Shown here one piece after another: positions 1-9,784 of a stretch of 64,000 nucleotides of DNA; position 1 is the first letter of the stretch, and each line of letters opens with the position of its first letter. Under the pieces are notes generated by a model. That model was not told the origin of the DNA. It saw only the letters and a program-made list of their open reading frames with translations, and ran no database searches. The stretch comes from Patescibacteria group bacterium (GTDB lineage: Bacteria > Patescibacteriota > Microgenomatia > Levybacterales > UBA12049): contig JBBTTO010000002.1 of NCBI GenBank assembly GCA_038064195.1, positions 205,356 through 269,355 on the forward strand. Reading direction: 5' to 3'. The position numbers and the translations under genes are program-made.

Positions 1-365
1 TGAGCTGCCTCTCTCAGTCCACTGGCGAGTAATGTCTTTTTGCTGTCTTTTGAATAGAGGACATTCGGTTCAACCTGGATTGCGAGGCAGTTGTTCTCTT
101 TTCCTATTTTTTTTAGCGTCGTAAGGTAGTTTTTAGTCGGGAGAATGCCTTTTGGGAGGTAGCCTATATTCAATTTGGTGTAAGGTATGGGATGGAGGGT
201 CAACGTAAAGCCGTCAACCAGCCTTTCTCCTTCATAAAACCCGAGCCTGAGGACTTTGATTCCTGTTCTTTCCCTGAATTCCCCCCATTCATAGGACTGG
301 AGGGGATGGGTGACCAATTTGTTATACGTTTTTCTCTCGCTTGGGAGTACAGGTCGTACTTTCAT
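1..365 (-). CDS. FemAB-family peptidoglycan aminoacyltransferase (N-terminal part; gene continues beyond the window start)
   Basis: Reverse-strand translation from the ATG at 365-363 gives MKVRPVLPSERKTYNKLVTHPLQSYEWGEFRERTGIKVLRLGF... with no stop before position 1. The HPLQSxEWGEF motif is the conserved FemA/FemX N-terminal signature as I recall it. Not in the ORF track because it is truncated. Confidence 0.5.
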   Translation of the reverse strand, partial: MKVRPVLPSERKTYNKLVTHPLQSYEWGEFRERTGIKVLRLGFYEGERLVDGFTLTLHPIPYTKLNIGYLPKGILPTKNYLTTLKKIGKENNCLAIQVEPNVLYSKDSKKTLLASGLREAA

Positions 366-394
366 ACCTCTATTGTAGCAGGAAGCTCAGGTGG

Positions 395-2242
395 TTAGAA
401 ATAATCCCCCGTTCCCTCCCCGCCAAGAAGGCTACGTTTGGTATTGTGTTCAATGATTGCCTCCGGCAGGTCAACCACAAAACGGGAAATGGTGTTCATC
501 GCGCGTTGACCAAAGAACAGACGACGGCGCGCGTGCGTCAGAAAGAGTTTTTCCTTAGCCCTCGTCATGCCTACATAACAAAGTCTTCGCTCTTCCTCGA
601 GCTCTTCTTTATTCATAAGAGCGCGTGAGTGAGGGAATAGGCCTTCTTCCATCCCTATCATAAATACGACAGGGAACTCGAGTCCTTTAGCTGCGTGAAG
701 CGTCATGAGTGTAACTCCTTTTTTACTGTTTTTCTCTTTAGGACCGGAGCTGTATTCCTGTTCAACAAGCGCCACATTTTCTAAAAATTCCGTGATGTCC
801 TGGAAAGAGAGAGCAACGGAGCGAAGCTCCTTGATATTCTCAAGCCTTGCTCTATCTTCAGCGTCTGTTTCATCGTAAAGTTCAAGATAGCCGGTGGACT
901 CAAGGACACTATCCAAAAGGTCAATTGTCGGAGAGTTTTCCGGATCAGGATGATTGTCAACAAAGGTGAGGAAGCGCTGCAAGCGAGCTTTTCCCAGCTT
1001 TTCAATCCGTTTTAGGGAAATAGTTTCTTTAGCGTTGGCCAAGTGACGAAGGTAGGACAAGACGTCTTTGATTTCTTTACGTTCGTAGAACCTTGTTCCT
1101 CCAATGAGGACATATGGTATTCCGTGGTGGAGAAAAGCCTCCTCAATAACACGTGACTGTGCGTTGGTGCGATAGAGGACTGCTACGTTACTCAGTTGGC
1201 TTATGCCTAAGCTGATGATAGTCCGGATAATAAAGTCAGCCTCATCCTGTTCATTCGTTGATTCATAAATTTCAATTGATTCACCACTGGGATTTTCTGT
1301 CCATAATTTGAGTACGGGGTGGGAAGTGTTTTTTGCAATAACTGATGAGGCTGCATCGAGAATTTTTTGAGTTGACCTGTAATTCTGAGACAAAGAGAAT
1401 GTTTTGCTATGAGGGAAATCGTTCGTAAACTTTATAAGGTTGCGGTAGTCTGCTCCGCGCCAGCTATAGATACTCTGGGAAAAGTCGCCGACAACACAGA
1501 TGTTTTTATTTTTTTCAGACAGAAGTTTGCTTAAGACATATTGAGCCCTGTTAGTATCCTGGTATTCATCAATCAGAATATAGTGGAAGAGGTGCTGGTA
1601 TTTCTCAAGGATTTCAGGATTTTGGCGGAAGAGCCTGACGGTCTGTAAAATAAGATCATCAAAATCCAGGGCATCGTTTTCTTTAAGGATCTTCTGATAG
1701 ACAGGATAGATTTTAGCGACAGTTTGCTGGAAAAGCCCACGGGCAAAGGTAGCATATTCGTTCTCATAGATCAGTTCATTTTTCGCGCCGGAGATAGTTG
1801 CGAGTATCGAGGATGGTTTAAAGTCTTTCGGAGAGATAAGCAATCTATGCATAGCCTCTTTCATCACCTCTAATTGGTCGTTATCATCATAAATAACAAA
1901 ACGACGGGAGATCCCGATTCTTTCACCATCTACTCTCAGAATTCTGGCACATAGCGAATGAAACGTTGAGACAATGGGTTGAGTGGCAGGGATGCCATCT
2001 TTGAGACTGTCGAAGAACTTCCGCATGCGTTCTTTCATCTCAGCTGCAGCCTTATTGGTAAAAGTGACCATGAGGATTGACTCAGGATTGATTCCTTTCT
2101 TAAGGATAAGATACATTACTTTATAAGTAAGTACGCGGGTTTTCCCGGATCCCGCACCTGCTAAAATAATCATTGGGCCATCTGTGTTAAGGACTGCTTG
2201 CTGTTGATCGGGATTTAAGTCATTGAGAAGTGAGTGATCCAT
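395..2242 (-). CDS. UvrD/PcrA-family ATP-dependent DNA helicase
   Basis: 615 aa. Walker A AGAGSGKTRVLT near the N-terminus, DEYQDTN motif (helicase motif II), and a VGDFSQSIY...NYRST region typical of UvrD/Rep/PcrA superfamily 1 helicases. Confidence 0.85.
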   Translation of the reverse strand: MDHSLLNDLNPDQQQAVLNTDGPMIILAGAGSGKTRVLTYKVMYLILKKGINPESILMVTFTNKAAAEMKERMRKFFDSLKDGIPATQPIVSTFHSLCARILRVDGERIGISRRFVIYDDNDQLEVMKEAMHRLLISPKDFKPSSILATISGAKNELIYENEYATFARGLFQQTVAKIYPVYQKILKENDALDFDDLILQTVRLFRQNPEILEKYQHLFHYILIDEYQDTNRAQYVLSKLLSEKNKNICVVGDFSQSIYSWRGADYRNLIKFTNDFPHSKTFSLSQNYRSTQKILDAASSVIAKNTSHPVLKLWTENPSGESIEIYESTNEQDEADFIIRTIISLGISQLSNVAVLYRTNAQSRVIEEAFLHHGIPYVLIGGTRFYERKEIKDVLSYLRHLANAKETISLKRIEKLGKARLQRFLTFVDNHPDPENSPTIDLLDSVLESTGYLELYDETDAEDRARLENIKELRSVALSFQDITEFLENVALVEQEYSSGPKEKNSKKGVTLMTLHAAKGLEFPVVFMIGMEEGLFPHSRALMNKEELEEERRLCYVGMTRAKEKLFLTHARRRLFFGQRAMNTISRFVVDLPEAIIEHNTKRSLLGGEGTGDYF

Positions 2243-2391
2243 AGGGTAAAATAAATTCGAATACTAAAGCACGAAATCCAAAACGTTCAATAACAAAACT
2301 ATTTTTTATTTAGTGTTTGAAAAATTTTAATTTGTTTCGAGTTTCGGTATTCGTATTTCGAATTTAGTATTGAAGTATCATTCATTGTAGC

Positions 2392-3096
2392 ATGAAAAAA
2401 CTTTTTCTGGTCGCGAACTGGAAATCAAACAAAACAGTAAGTGAGGCACATTCATTTATGATCTCATTTCTCAATCGTGATTTTATTACGTGGATGCATA
2501 GTCAGGATACGGATACAAACGGTAATAAACAAATTGTTATTTGTCCGTCTTTCACCTTATTGGCAGAGTTGGATAAGCTTATTAAGCAACATGCTCCGTC
2601 TTTCTTACTCAGTCTCGGGGCGCAAAATATGTCACCCTTTGATAAAGGCCCATATACCGGTGAAGAGTCTGCCGCCCAAATTTCTGAATTTGCAAAGTAT
2701 GTCATCCTCGGACATTCGGAGAGACGTCTCAATTTCAAAGAGACTGATCAACAAGTAGAAGAAAAAGTAGCAATTGCCAGAAAGTATCAGCTTGAACCGA
2801 TAGTCTGTGTTCAGGGGAAGAACACGCCGGTACCTCAGGGTGTGCATATTGTGGCGTATGAGCCACTCGATGCTATCAGTACTGGGCAGGTCGGGGAGCC
2901 GGCCAGTCCTGAACGAGCTGAAGAGGTAGCGCATTTTTTGAAGCATGAAAGACATATCCCTTACGTCCTTTATGGAGGTAGTGTTGACCCCTCAAATGTC
3001 CGTCAATACACGTCCCTTGAATCGATAAACGGTGTGCTTATAGGTGGAGCCAGTCTGGATCCCGTCAGCTTTTCTCAGATTATCCAGAACGCTTAG
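2392..3096 (+). CDS. tpiA: triosephosphate isomerase
   Basis: ANWKSN, GAQN, YTGEES, ILGHSERR, VAYEPLDAISTGQ and YGGSV motifs match the TIM catalytic signatures. Confidence 0.85.
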   Translation: MKKLFLVANWKSNKTVSEAHSFMISFLNRDFITWMHSQDTDTNGNKQIVICPSFTLLAELDKLIKQHAPSFLLSLGAQNMSPFDKGPYTGEESAAQISEFAKYVILGHSERRLNFKETDQQVEEKVAIARKYQLEPIVCVQGKNTPVPQGVHIVAYEPLDAISTGQVGEPASPERAEEVAHFLKHERHIPYVLYGGSVDPSNVRQYTSLESINGVLIGGASLDPVSFSQIIQNA

Positions 3097-3120
3097 AAAT
3101 GTTATAATGGAAAAACTTCT

Positions 3121-4266
3121 ATGCCCACCCGACGCAAGAAAAACACCCGCAAACTCATTTTTTTGGCTTTAGCTATCCTGGGTATTAGTTTGGTTATCAA
3201 ACTTTCTTTCTTTTTTCTTAACTATGCTCCTGTTGCCTATCAATTTGCTTTTAATAAAGAGATCGATCTAAAGAAAACAGATGATCAGAGGGTTAATCTG
3301 TTGTTACTTGGTATCGGTGGTGGTGATCATGAAGGGCCAAATTTAACCGATACAATTATATTTGCGAGTATAGATCCGAAGAATAAGAAGGTAACGATGG
3401 TTACTCTTCCCCGTGATTTATGGGTACCTGCTTTACCGGGAAGAGTTAATTCGGCATATGCGAAAGGAGAAGATCAGGGTAAGGGTAAGGGGTTAATGCT
3501 GGCAAAAGCAACAGCAGGAAAAGTCCTGGGGCAAAAGATTGATTATGGCTTCCGTATCGATTTTGACGGCTTTACCAAAGCAGTGGATATGATGGGAGGA
3601 CTGGATATCTCTGTCGATCGAACTTTTGATGATTACGCTTACCCTGTTGTGGGCAGGGAGGATGAAACATGCGGCTATCCACAGGACGCAGTAGCCAGTC
3701 TTTCGGCCCAGATTGCCACAGGCAGCGCGACTGATGCGGATTTTTTCCCGTGCCGCTTTGAACACCTTCATTTTGAAAAGGGTCTGCAGCATGTGGACGG
3801 TGTGACGGCTCTTAAATATGTTCGCTCACGTCATGCATTAGGACCTGAAGGATCTGATTTTGCGAGGTCCAAACGTCAAGAGAAGGTTATCAATGCCTTT
3901 AAAGACAGGATTTTTTCAGCCGGAACAATTCTTAATCCACTTAAGCTTGTCAGTCTTTTTGATACCTTCCAATCCAGTATAGATACGGATATTCAAAAAG
4001 ATGAATATGATGATTTTGTGAAGCTGGCGCAGAAAATGAAAGGGGCCACGACCAAGAACTATGTTATTGATACTGGAGACGTAGAGGAAGGGCGTCCTGA
4101 GCTTCTGATTAATCCGCCCGTCTCTCAGGATCAGTATGGCGGAGCCTGGGTACTCGTGCCTAAGGCGGGCCCCAGTGATTATTCAGAAATTCAATCCTAT
4201 GTCAGGTGCCTGACAGAGAATGCCGGCTGCCCTATTACCCCAACTCCTTCCCCGGGCAAAGAGTGA
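3121..4266 (+). CDS. LytR-CpsA-Psr (LCP) family cell-envelope polymer transferase
   Basis: N-terminal TM segment followed by LLLGIGGGDHEGPNLTDTIIFASIDPKNKKVTMVTLPRDLWV, the typical LCP core. Confidence 0.8.
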   Translation: MPTRRKKNTRKLIFLALAILGISLVIKLSFFFLNYAPVAYQFAFNKEIDLKKTDDQRVNLLLLGIGGGDHEGPNLTDTIIFASIDPKNKKVTMVTLPRDLWVPALPGRVNSAYAKGEDQGKGKGLMLAKATAGKVLGQKIDYGFRIDFDGFTKAVDMMGGLDISVDRTFDDYAYPVVGREDETCGYPQDAVASLSAQIATGSATDADFFPCRFEHLHFEKGLQHVDGVTALKYVRSRHALGPEGSDFARSKRQEKVINAFKDRIFSAGTILNPLKLVSLFDTFQSSIDTDIQKDEYDDFVKLAQKMKGATTKNYVIDTGDVEEGRPELLINPPVSQDQYGGAWVLVPKAGPSDYSEIQSYVRCLTENAGCPITPTPSPGKE

Positions 4267-4284
4267 TTATGGAATAGTCAGGTA

Positions 4285-6507
4285 TCAGTTCAGTTTATAA
4301 ATAGCGGTATTACCGCTTCGGAAAACGATCTTTGCCAGAGCGTTGAATTTCTCTTCATTAACTGTGTATTTCTCCCTCTCCAGAGTACCGATAAAAACAT
4401 AGTGAACGTCATATTTGTCTAAAAGAGATTGCGTTTTTTGATTATCGTCTGATTCGTACATATCTTTAACTTCCTGAATACGTGGGGCTGGGATATCGTA
4501 GGTTCCCCGCCAGAGCCATTCATGGACTGTCCAGCCTAAGACTGTTGGCAAGCCGGTGTTGGATGAGACACGAGCATAATCAGTATAAGAATCACCCTGC
4601 GCTTCAAGGATGACCGGTTGGCCTGTAACATGAGTATTTAGCCAGGTGATTGCTTTTGCATCCTCCGGGAAGCGGTCTTTAAGGTAGGCTGTGCCATCAA
4701 GTCCTTTAAAGGAGGTTAGGTTGCCGTAGTAGGACATGATGGCAAAATACGGATAAACAAAAACAACAGTGAGACAGAGTAATGTGATGACAAAGAAAAA
4801 AGGATAAAGGATTTTATAGACTCGGGCTTTGCCCGACTTAAGGAGTAATGAAACACGACTTATACTATACCCGCTAACAAGTGAGAGCATGATAAAAGAC
4901 TGGAATACAAGTTTGAACATCGTATTTGCCCGGTAATGTTCAGGATAGATATCTTTTGCATAAAGGAATTCAGGAACAATAATTAAAATAGTTCCCAGAA
5001 TAATAAGTAAAATTACATAGATATCGGCTTTTTGCCATTTTTTAACACGAGAGAGGCCCACTAGTAAGAAAAGTACAAAAACGTAAAAGAAGCCATAAAG
5101 AATTACGAGTTGCCAAAGTGGAGATTTTTGGCAATGATTGGGTTCAAAAAGAAGAGGACCCAGATGCTTCATGTTCGTTAGAAAACCTGGCGCGCAGAGA
5201 AGTCCAATCCCGGAAACAAAAGGCTTAAAAAAGAGTGAGAATGGTATGGAAAAAATAACAAAGCCAAGGCCGAGGATAAGACAAGGAACAACTAATTCGA
5301 GGATAACAGTCATCAGCTTTGGGAAAATTGAGATTTTTGCATCAGATATTTTATCCCATTCCAAATATGTCAGCAGAAGACCTGTCATGAGTAGATAAAT
5401 AAGACCGTCCCACGCGTTGGTCATATACATAACGGCTAAGAGCAGGCTTATGCTAAGCAGGTGAAAGAGAGAAACAGGAAGTGTGGCATTTAACTTCAGG
5501 TAGTATTCTCTGATAAGAGAACCTTTATTACTTAATTTTAAGGCTACTTTTTTCTCCGGACCCCCTAAAAAAACTGAGAAAAGAAAACTCAGAGTGAGAA
5601 GAACAAAAGGAATATCGGTGACATGTCCGTGAAGGTCAGATACTGTCCAGGAATAGATCGGAAATTCATGGATGGTGTGATAAATAAATCGGGTGGCATT
5701 AGGATACCAATAGGAATTAGGAAAAGTCAGAGGGGAGAATTGAAGTTGCAGAGGGGGAACAGGATGTTCGTTTTCATATGGTTTGAAAAATGTATAAATA
5801 CTATGAAAGTTACCTGCAAAAGTGACAATAGCTGCTGTCAGGATACCGACTATAAAAAGACGGAGAAAATATTTTTTTTTGGCCACATTATTATAGAGGT
5901 TAATAGCAATTGAAAAGCTACTGCTAAAAGTAAGAGCAGCAATACTCGCGATCATTAAGTTGTAGGTATAGTTTGAAGAAAGAAGCGAGAGCTTTGTCAG
6001 AAGAGCTGTAACAAAATGCCCGAAATAATAGTAGTTAATACTAAAAGGGGTGAACCACATGTCTTTGGCAGGAAAATAGGTTGTTTTGAGGATTGAATTA
6101 ACGAATCCATAATCCATAAATTTTTCAAGGCCATTAATATCCGGGGTAAATGATCTGACATAAGCCCAAAAAAGAAACACTGTTAAAAAGAGCAGTTCTT
6201 CAGCAATAATCCAGGGAAGCAATCTGTGACTTTTATCCGGCAAAGGAAAATAACGAAAAGAAAAAAAAGAAAGACCGGCGCTGACTAGGATCAAAATAAT
6301 AAGACTGGGAAAGGTGAAGGTCAGAATATGGACTGTGCCTGTGACCAGCATGAGATAAGCGACAATAAGTATACCGACGGTTTTAGAAAAAGCATAACCG
6401 CCATCAATAAATTGAGCGAACAATCTTTTCGTAAAGGGAAAAAAGATGAGCCCCAATAAAAGGAGCATGCTATACCATTGGAGCGCGATGAAGAGGCTAT
6501 TTATCAT
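4285..6507 (-). CDS. large polytopic membrane protein of the YYY/DUF2298 family (putative GT-C-like glycosyltransferase)
   Basis: 740 aa with more than 12 predicted TM helices, an INYYYFGH motif and a C-terminal soluble domain with HEWLWRG. This matches my recollection of the Chlor_Arch_YYY/DUF2298 family. Confidence 0.55.
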   Translation of the reverse strand: MINSLFIALQWYSMLLLLGLIFFPFTKRLFAQFIDGGYAFSKTVGILIVAYLMLVTGTVHILTFTFPSLIILILVSAGLSFFSFRYFPLPDKSHRLLPWIIAEELLFLTVFLFWAYVRSFTPDINGLEKFMDYGFVNSILKTTYFPAKDMWFTPFSINYYYFGHFVTALLTKLSLLSSNYTYNLMIASIAALTFSSSFSIAINLYNNVAKKKYFLRLFIVGILTAAIVTFAGNFHSIYTFFKPYENEHPVPPLQLQFSPLTFPNSYWYPNATRFIYHTIHEFPIYSWTVSDLHGHVTDIPFVLLTLSFLFSVFLGGPEKKVALKLSNKGSLIREYYLKLNATLPVSLFHLLSISLLLAVMYMTNAWDGLIYLLMTGLLLTYLEWDKISDAKISIFPKLMTVILELVVPCLILGLGFVIFSIPFSLFFKPFVSGIGLLCAPGFLTNMKHLGPLLFEPNHCQKSPLWQLVILYGFFYVFVLFLLVGLSRVKKWQKADIYVILLIILGTILIIVPEFLYAKDIYPEHYRANTMFKLVFQSFIMLSLVSGYSISRVSLLLKSGKARVYKILYPFFFVITLLCLTVVFVYPYFAIMSYYGNLTSFKGLDGTAYLKDRFPEDAKAITWLNTHVTGQPVILEAQGDSYTDYARVSSNTGLPTVLGWTVHEWLWRGTYDIPAPRIQEVKDMYESDDNQKTQSLLDKYDVHYVFIGTLEREKYTVNEEKFNALAKIVFRSGNTAIYKLN

Positions 6508-7046
6508 AGATACTTACTGAGATCTGTAAGATGATTGATAGATATTATTTTATCAGGAGATTTTACCTTGACACCGTTATGTAGCCAGAAGAACTTTGTT
6601 CCTTTGTTCATTTTGGATACATATTCCAAAAGCTGCAGGTCGTCATCAACATACAGGTCCAATGCCAGTTCCCTTAGAATTCTTTCTTTGAAAAGATGAG
6701 GTTGCTCGTTTGAAAAATTAAAATACATTCCACGAAACATCTTATCAATGCCGATAGTTTTAAGAAGTGAGAAGGTTTGTTTTTCCAAAAAACCGAACCG
6801 ACTCGAAATTAAAAAAAGTGTATATTTTTTCTTAGGTAATGAGTGAAGAAAGGTAATATTATCCGTAATAGGTGCACGAAAACCATGATAATGCGATAAC
6901 TGACGTAATAGCTGTTCTGGTCTGGAGGGAATACGGTAGATAAGCTCGTTTTTTGTTTTTCTTTTATAGAGTCGGTCAATTAAGGCATCCGGGATTAATG
7001 GCGGGTAATCAACGAAGATTTTATCAAGATCAAATCCGATTTTCAT
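6504..7046 (-). CDS. HAD-superfamily hydrolase (start chosen at the internal Met giving a 4-nt ATGA overlap with the upstream epimerase gene)
   Basis: MKIGFDLDKIF has the HAD motif I DxD. An acidic DDD cluster lies near the C-terminus (LDLYVDDDLQ). The listed ORF 6504..7142 overlaps the upstream gene by about 100 nt, and the internal start removes that overlap. Confidence 0.45.
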   Translation of the reverse strand: MKIGFDLDKIFVDYPPLIPDALIDRLYKRKTKNELIYRIPSRPEQLLRQLSHYHGFRAPITDNITFLHSLPKKKYTLFLISSRFGFLEKQTFSLLKTIGIDKMFRGMYFNFSNEQPHLFKERILRELALDLYVDDDLQLLEYVSKMNKGTKFFWLHNGVKVKSPDKIISINHLTDLSKYL

Positions 7047-8080
7047 AAACGTGAGATAAGATTGAGGATACGGAAGTTCCAACTTACGCGATGAGTTTCT
7101 CCGATCGTGGACTGAATTTTGTTCCTGTGTTGTTTGTACCACAGATAACTTTCAAGTAAAAGATCCTGATTGGACTTGCTCGGGTGCCAGCCCAGTATTT
7201 TTTCGGCCTTATCAATTGAAACATGCGAAGGTATGGGCATGGTTTTATAATGCCATAGTGAAAGAGGGGACAGGTGAAGAACGTCAAGTAATCTTAAAAT
7301 AAATTGCGCCGGAATAACCGGCAGCCCTGTGAGTTTGGAACGCGATTTATCATATTTGATAACAAATTGCAGATCTTTTTTCCAGGTTTGATAATCTTTC
7401 GCGCCGAGGTTAAAAATCTCATTAGTCACGTCGGAAGTCATGCCCTTATAAATTGCATCAACCACATCAGATACCGCTAAGAGTTGGTATTTATTATTAC
7501 CCTTTCCTAAAATAAATACACGATGACCGGTGTAAATAGCCTCAAACCATAAGGCAAAGACACCTAGTCGCTCAGGCCCCAGAAATGTTTTAGGTCTGAA
7601 GATGGTAATATCAAGGTCTTTATGCATATGCGATTGACAGATTTTTTCGGCTTCTACTTTAGACTGGCCATAATATCCAATCGGATTGAGAGGAGTTTCT
7701 TCTTTTTCCGGTACGTACTCAGGTATCCCATAAACAGCAGTTGAGGAAATAAAAATGAGTCTCGTAATGCTATGTTTTACAGAGACATCTATTACGTTTT
7801 TTGTACCGATTATGTTGGTACTGAAAATGCTTTTCTTTGTTCGTTGGATCGGGAGGGCTGCGGCAGTATGGACTACATGGGTAACACCCCGCATTGCTTT
7901 ATCAAGCGCTTTTGCATGTCTCACATCGCCTTTGATATAGGTTACCTGACCCGTCAGGTCTCTGGCTGTCAGAGGAGCAATATCAAAAAGACTTACATCC
8001 CATCCCTCCCTTAAAAAACGTCGAGCGGTATGTACCCCTAAAAAGCCCGTCCCACCAGTAATAAGTACCCTTCGTGACAT
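7043..8080 (-). CDS. NAD-dependent epimerase/dehydratase (extended SDR)
   Basis: VLITGGTGFLGVHTARRFLREGWDV Rossmann motif, and a YGQSK catalytic YxxxK (...IGYYGQSKVEAEK...). Confidence 0.8.
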   Translation of the reverse strand: MSRRVLITGGTGFLGVHTARRFLREGWDVSLFDIAPLTARDLTGQVTYIKGDVRHAKALDKAMRGVTHVVHTAAALPIQRTKKSIFSTNIIGTKNVIDVSVKHSITRLIFISSTAVYGIPEYVPEKEETPLNPIGYYGQSKVEAEKICQSHMHKDLDITIFRPKTFLGPERLGVFALWFEAIYTGHRVFILGKGNNKYQLLAVSDVVDAIYKGMTSDVTNEIFNLGAKDYQTWKKDLQFVIKYDKSRSKLTGLPVIPAQFILRLLDVLHLSPLSLWHYKTMPIPSHVSIDKAEKILGWHPSKSNQDLLLESYLWYKQHRNKIQSTIGETHRVSWNFRILNLISRL

Positions 8081-8123
8081 GTGTCTATTCTACTATGTTT
8101 TCAAAGAAAAGATAGAAGAAGAA

Positions 8124-9776
8124 CTACTTAGACAGGATTTTTTTTAGCTCAAGAAAAGAATAATGTTTTATGTTAGAAAAGATAAGTGCTTTCGGGTGAT
8201 CATAGACTTGAAAGGTTTCTTCGCTCAGATCATCGTTGATAGTTAGTCCGAGAATTTGCGGATAAGATGAAAATTCACCGACTTTTTTATATCCCAGCTT
8301 GCCGTTAAAAAGTAGCTGATAGTACTTTGCAGTAAGCGGGAATTTTTTAGGAAGATGAGTAAGGGTACCGTAAAGTCTACGACTGTTAATTGTTATGTAA
8401 TCAGCCTGTGATAGATAGTTAGCATAGTAATCAAGCTTAGCCGAGTTATCAGGTTCATAAATAGTTAGAGGAAGTAATTGATACCGCTGAGGATCTTTGC
8501 CCGGAAGTGGGATAGGTAAGCCTTCATCCCAGTGTTCACTCAATATAAATTTACCCGGCGGAATATGTTGATAAATCCACTCGGAGGCAGCAATTCGTGT
8601 CGGAATATTTCTATAAACAGACATGAAGGCAACAGCATACAGGAATGTTGCTCCGACCATACCGGCAGTAAGTATCGACCCCGCTACGCGATATCTTTTC
8701 AGTATTATTAACATGAAATGACAACCGAATATGATAAAGAATGGCAGGAGAGGAACGGTATAACGGTTAAATTTGGTATACCAGGATCCGACATACAAGA
8801 AATATAAAAAAGGGAATGAACAGAAGATTATGAAGGTAGCGCGCCTTCGACGTAATTCCTGAATCGTTGTCACAATAACTCCAAGCACTGCTATGCTTGC
8901 AAAGACACCCAGTTGCCACACAAGATTTATCAGCTGGAAAAGATAGCGAGGTGTACTTGAAAATTGCAATGTGTAGACAACTCTATTTGTACCAAGGACT
9001 ACAGAGTTCTCATAGCGCATCGACTCCATAAATTTGTTCCAGTTGAGGAATGTATAAGGTGAAAAAATACAAAACGTCACAAATGCTGTGAGGCCCATTA
9101 CTAAGCTAAGAAATAAGGCTTGAGAGAATTTTATCTTCTTTTTATAAAGTAGTATCAGGAGAGCTAATAGAGGCGCAACGAAAAAAGAGATGCCCGTTGT
9201 TTTGGTAGCAATAGCAATGCCAACTACAAGACCGATGATTACTGTTTTTTTATAGGATGGTTTTTCAAAAAGATTAATAGCAAGCAATGCAATGAGAACG
9301 ATAAGCAGACTAAGTAAATTTTCTGTCGTACTAAAATGAGCTGTCTGAATAGATGATACAGTCAGAGCGTAGATAATGCAGGTAAGAAAGGCCGTTCTCT
9401 GGTCAAATAATTTTTTGGCAAGAAAATAGAGCGGAAGAATGACCATGACCGAGAAAAATGCTGAGTAGGATCTCCCTATGAGGTTTATCCAGGCCCAATC
9501 ATGGGGTAATGAAGAGTTATGAAGAAGTAAGGCAAGTCCATCAGCCGTAGACTTGTATAAATAAATAAGAAACCCTCCATACGCATAGAATTTAGGGTCC
9601 ATCTGTGACGGTAAAATGATAGTGGAAACTGCAGCTGCGATATTGCGTTCATCAGGATGAAAATAAAGGCCCATATCCCAGTTAAGATTATAAAAGCGGA
9701 AGCCGGTAGCGAGAAGCAAGATGATTCCTAAAACAATTTTTGTTTTTGTATCAAGAAGGTGCTTGCGTTTGGTCAT
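8124..9776 (-). CDS. GT39/ArnT-like phospholipid-carrier-dependent glycosyltransferase (membrane)
   Basis: 550 aa polytopic protein. N-terminal FRFYNLNWDMGLYFHPDERNIA region typical of the PMT_2/ArnT family. Confidence 0.7.
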   Translation of the reverse strand: MTKRKHLLDTKTKIVLGIILLLATGFRFYNLNWDMGLYFHPDERNIAAAVSTIILPSQMDPKFYAYGGFLIYLYKSTADGLALLLHNSSLPHDWAWINLIGRSYSAFFSVMVILPLYFLAKKLFDQRTAFLTCIIYALTVSSIQTAHFSTTENLLSLLIVLIALLAINLFEKPSYKKTVIIGLVVGIAIATKTTGISFFVAPLLALLILLYKKKIKFSQALFLSLVMGLTAFVTFCIFSPYTFLNWNKFMESMRYENSVVLGTNRVVYTLQFSSTPRYLFQLINLVWQLGVFASIAVLGVIVTTIQELRRRRATFIIFCSFPFLYFLYVGSWYTKFNRYTVPLLPFFIIFGCHFMLIILKRYRVAGSILTAGMVGATFLYAVAFMSVYRNIPTRIAASEWIYQHIPPGKFILSEHWDEGLPIPLPGKDPQRYQLLPLTIYEPDNSAKLDYYANYLSQADYITINSRRLYGTLTHLPKKFPLTAKYYQLLFNGKLGYKKVGEFSSYPQILGLTINDDLSEETFQVYDHPKALIFSNIKHYSFLELKKILSK

Positions 9777-9784
9777 AGTCGGGA

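Noticed and set aside
192-628. Listed plus-strand ORFs 192..398 and 341..628
   Set aside because: They overlap the minus-strand FemAB-like N-terminus and the UvrD helicase C-terminus, which have clear conserved motifs. These are most likely shadow ORFs.
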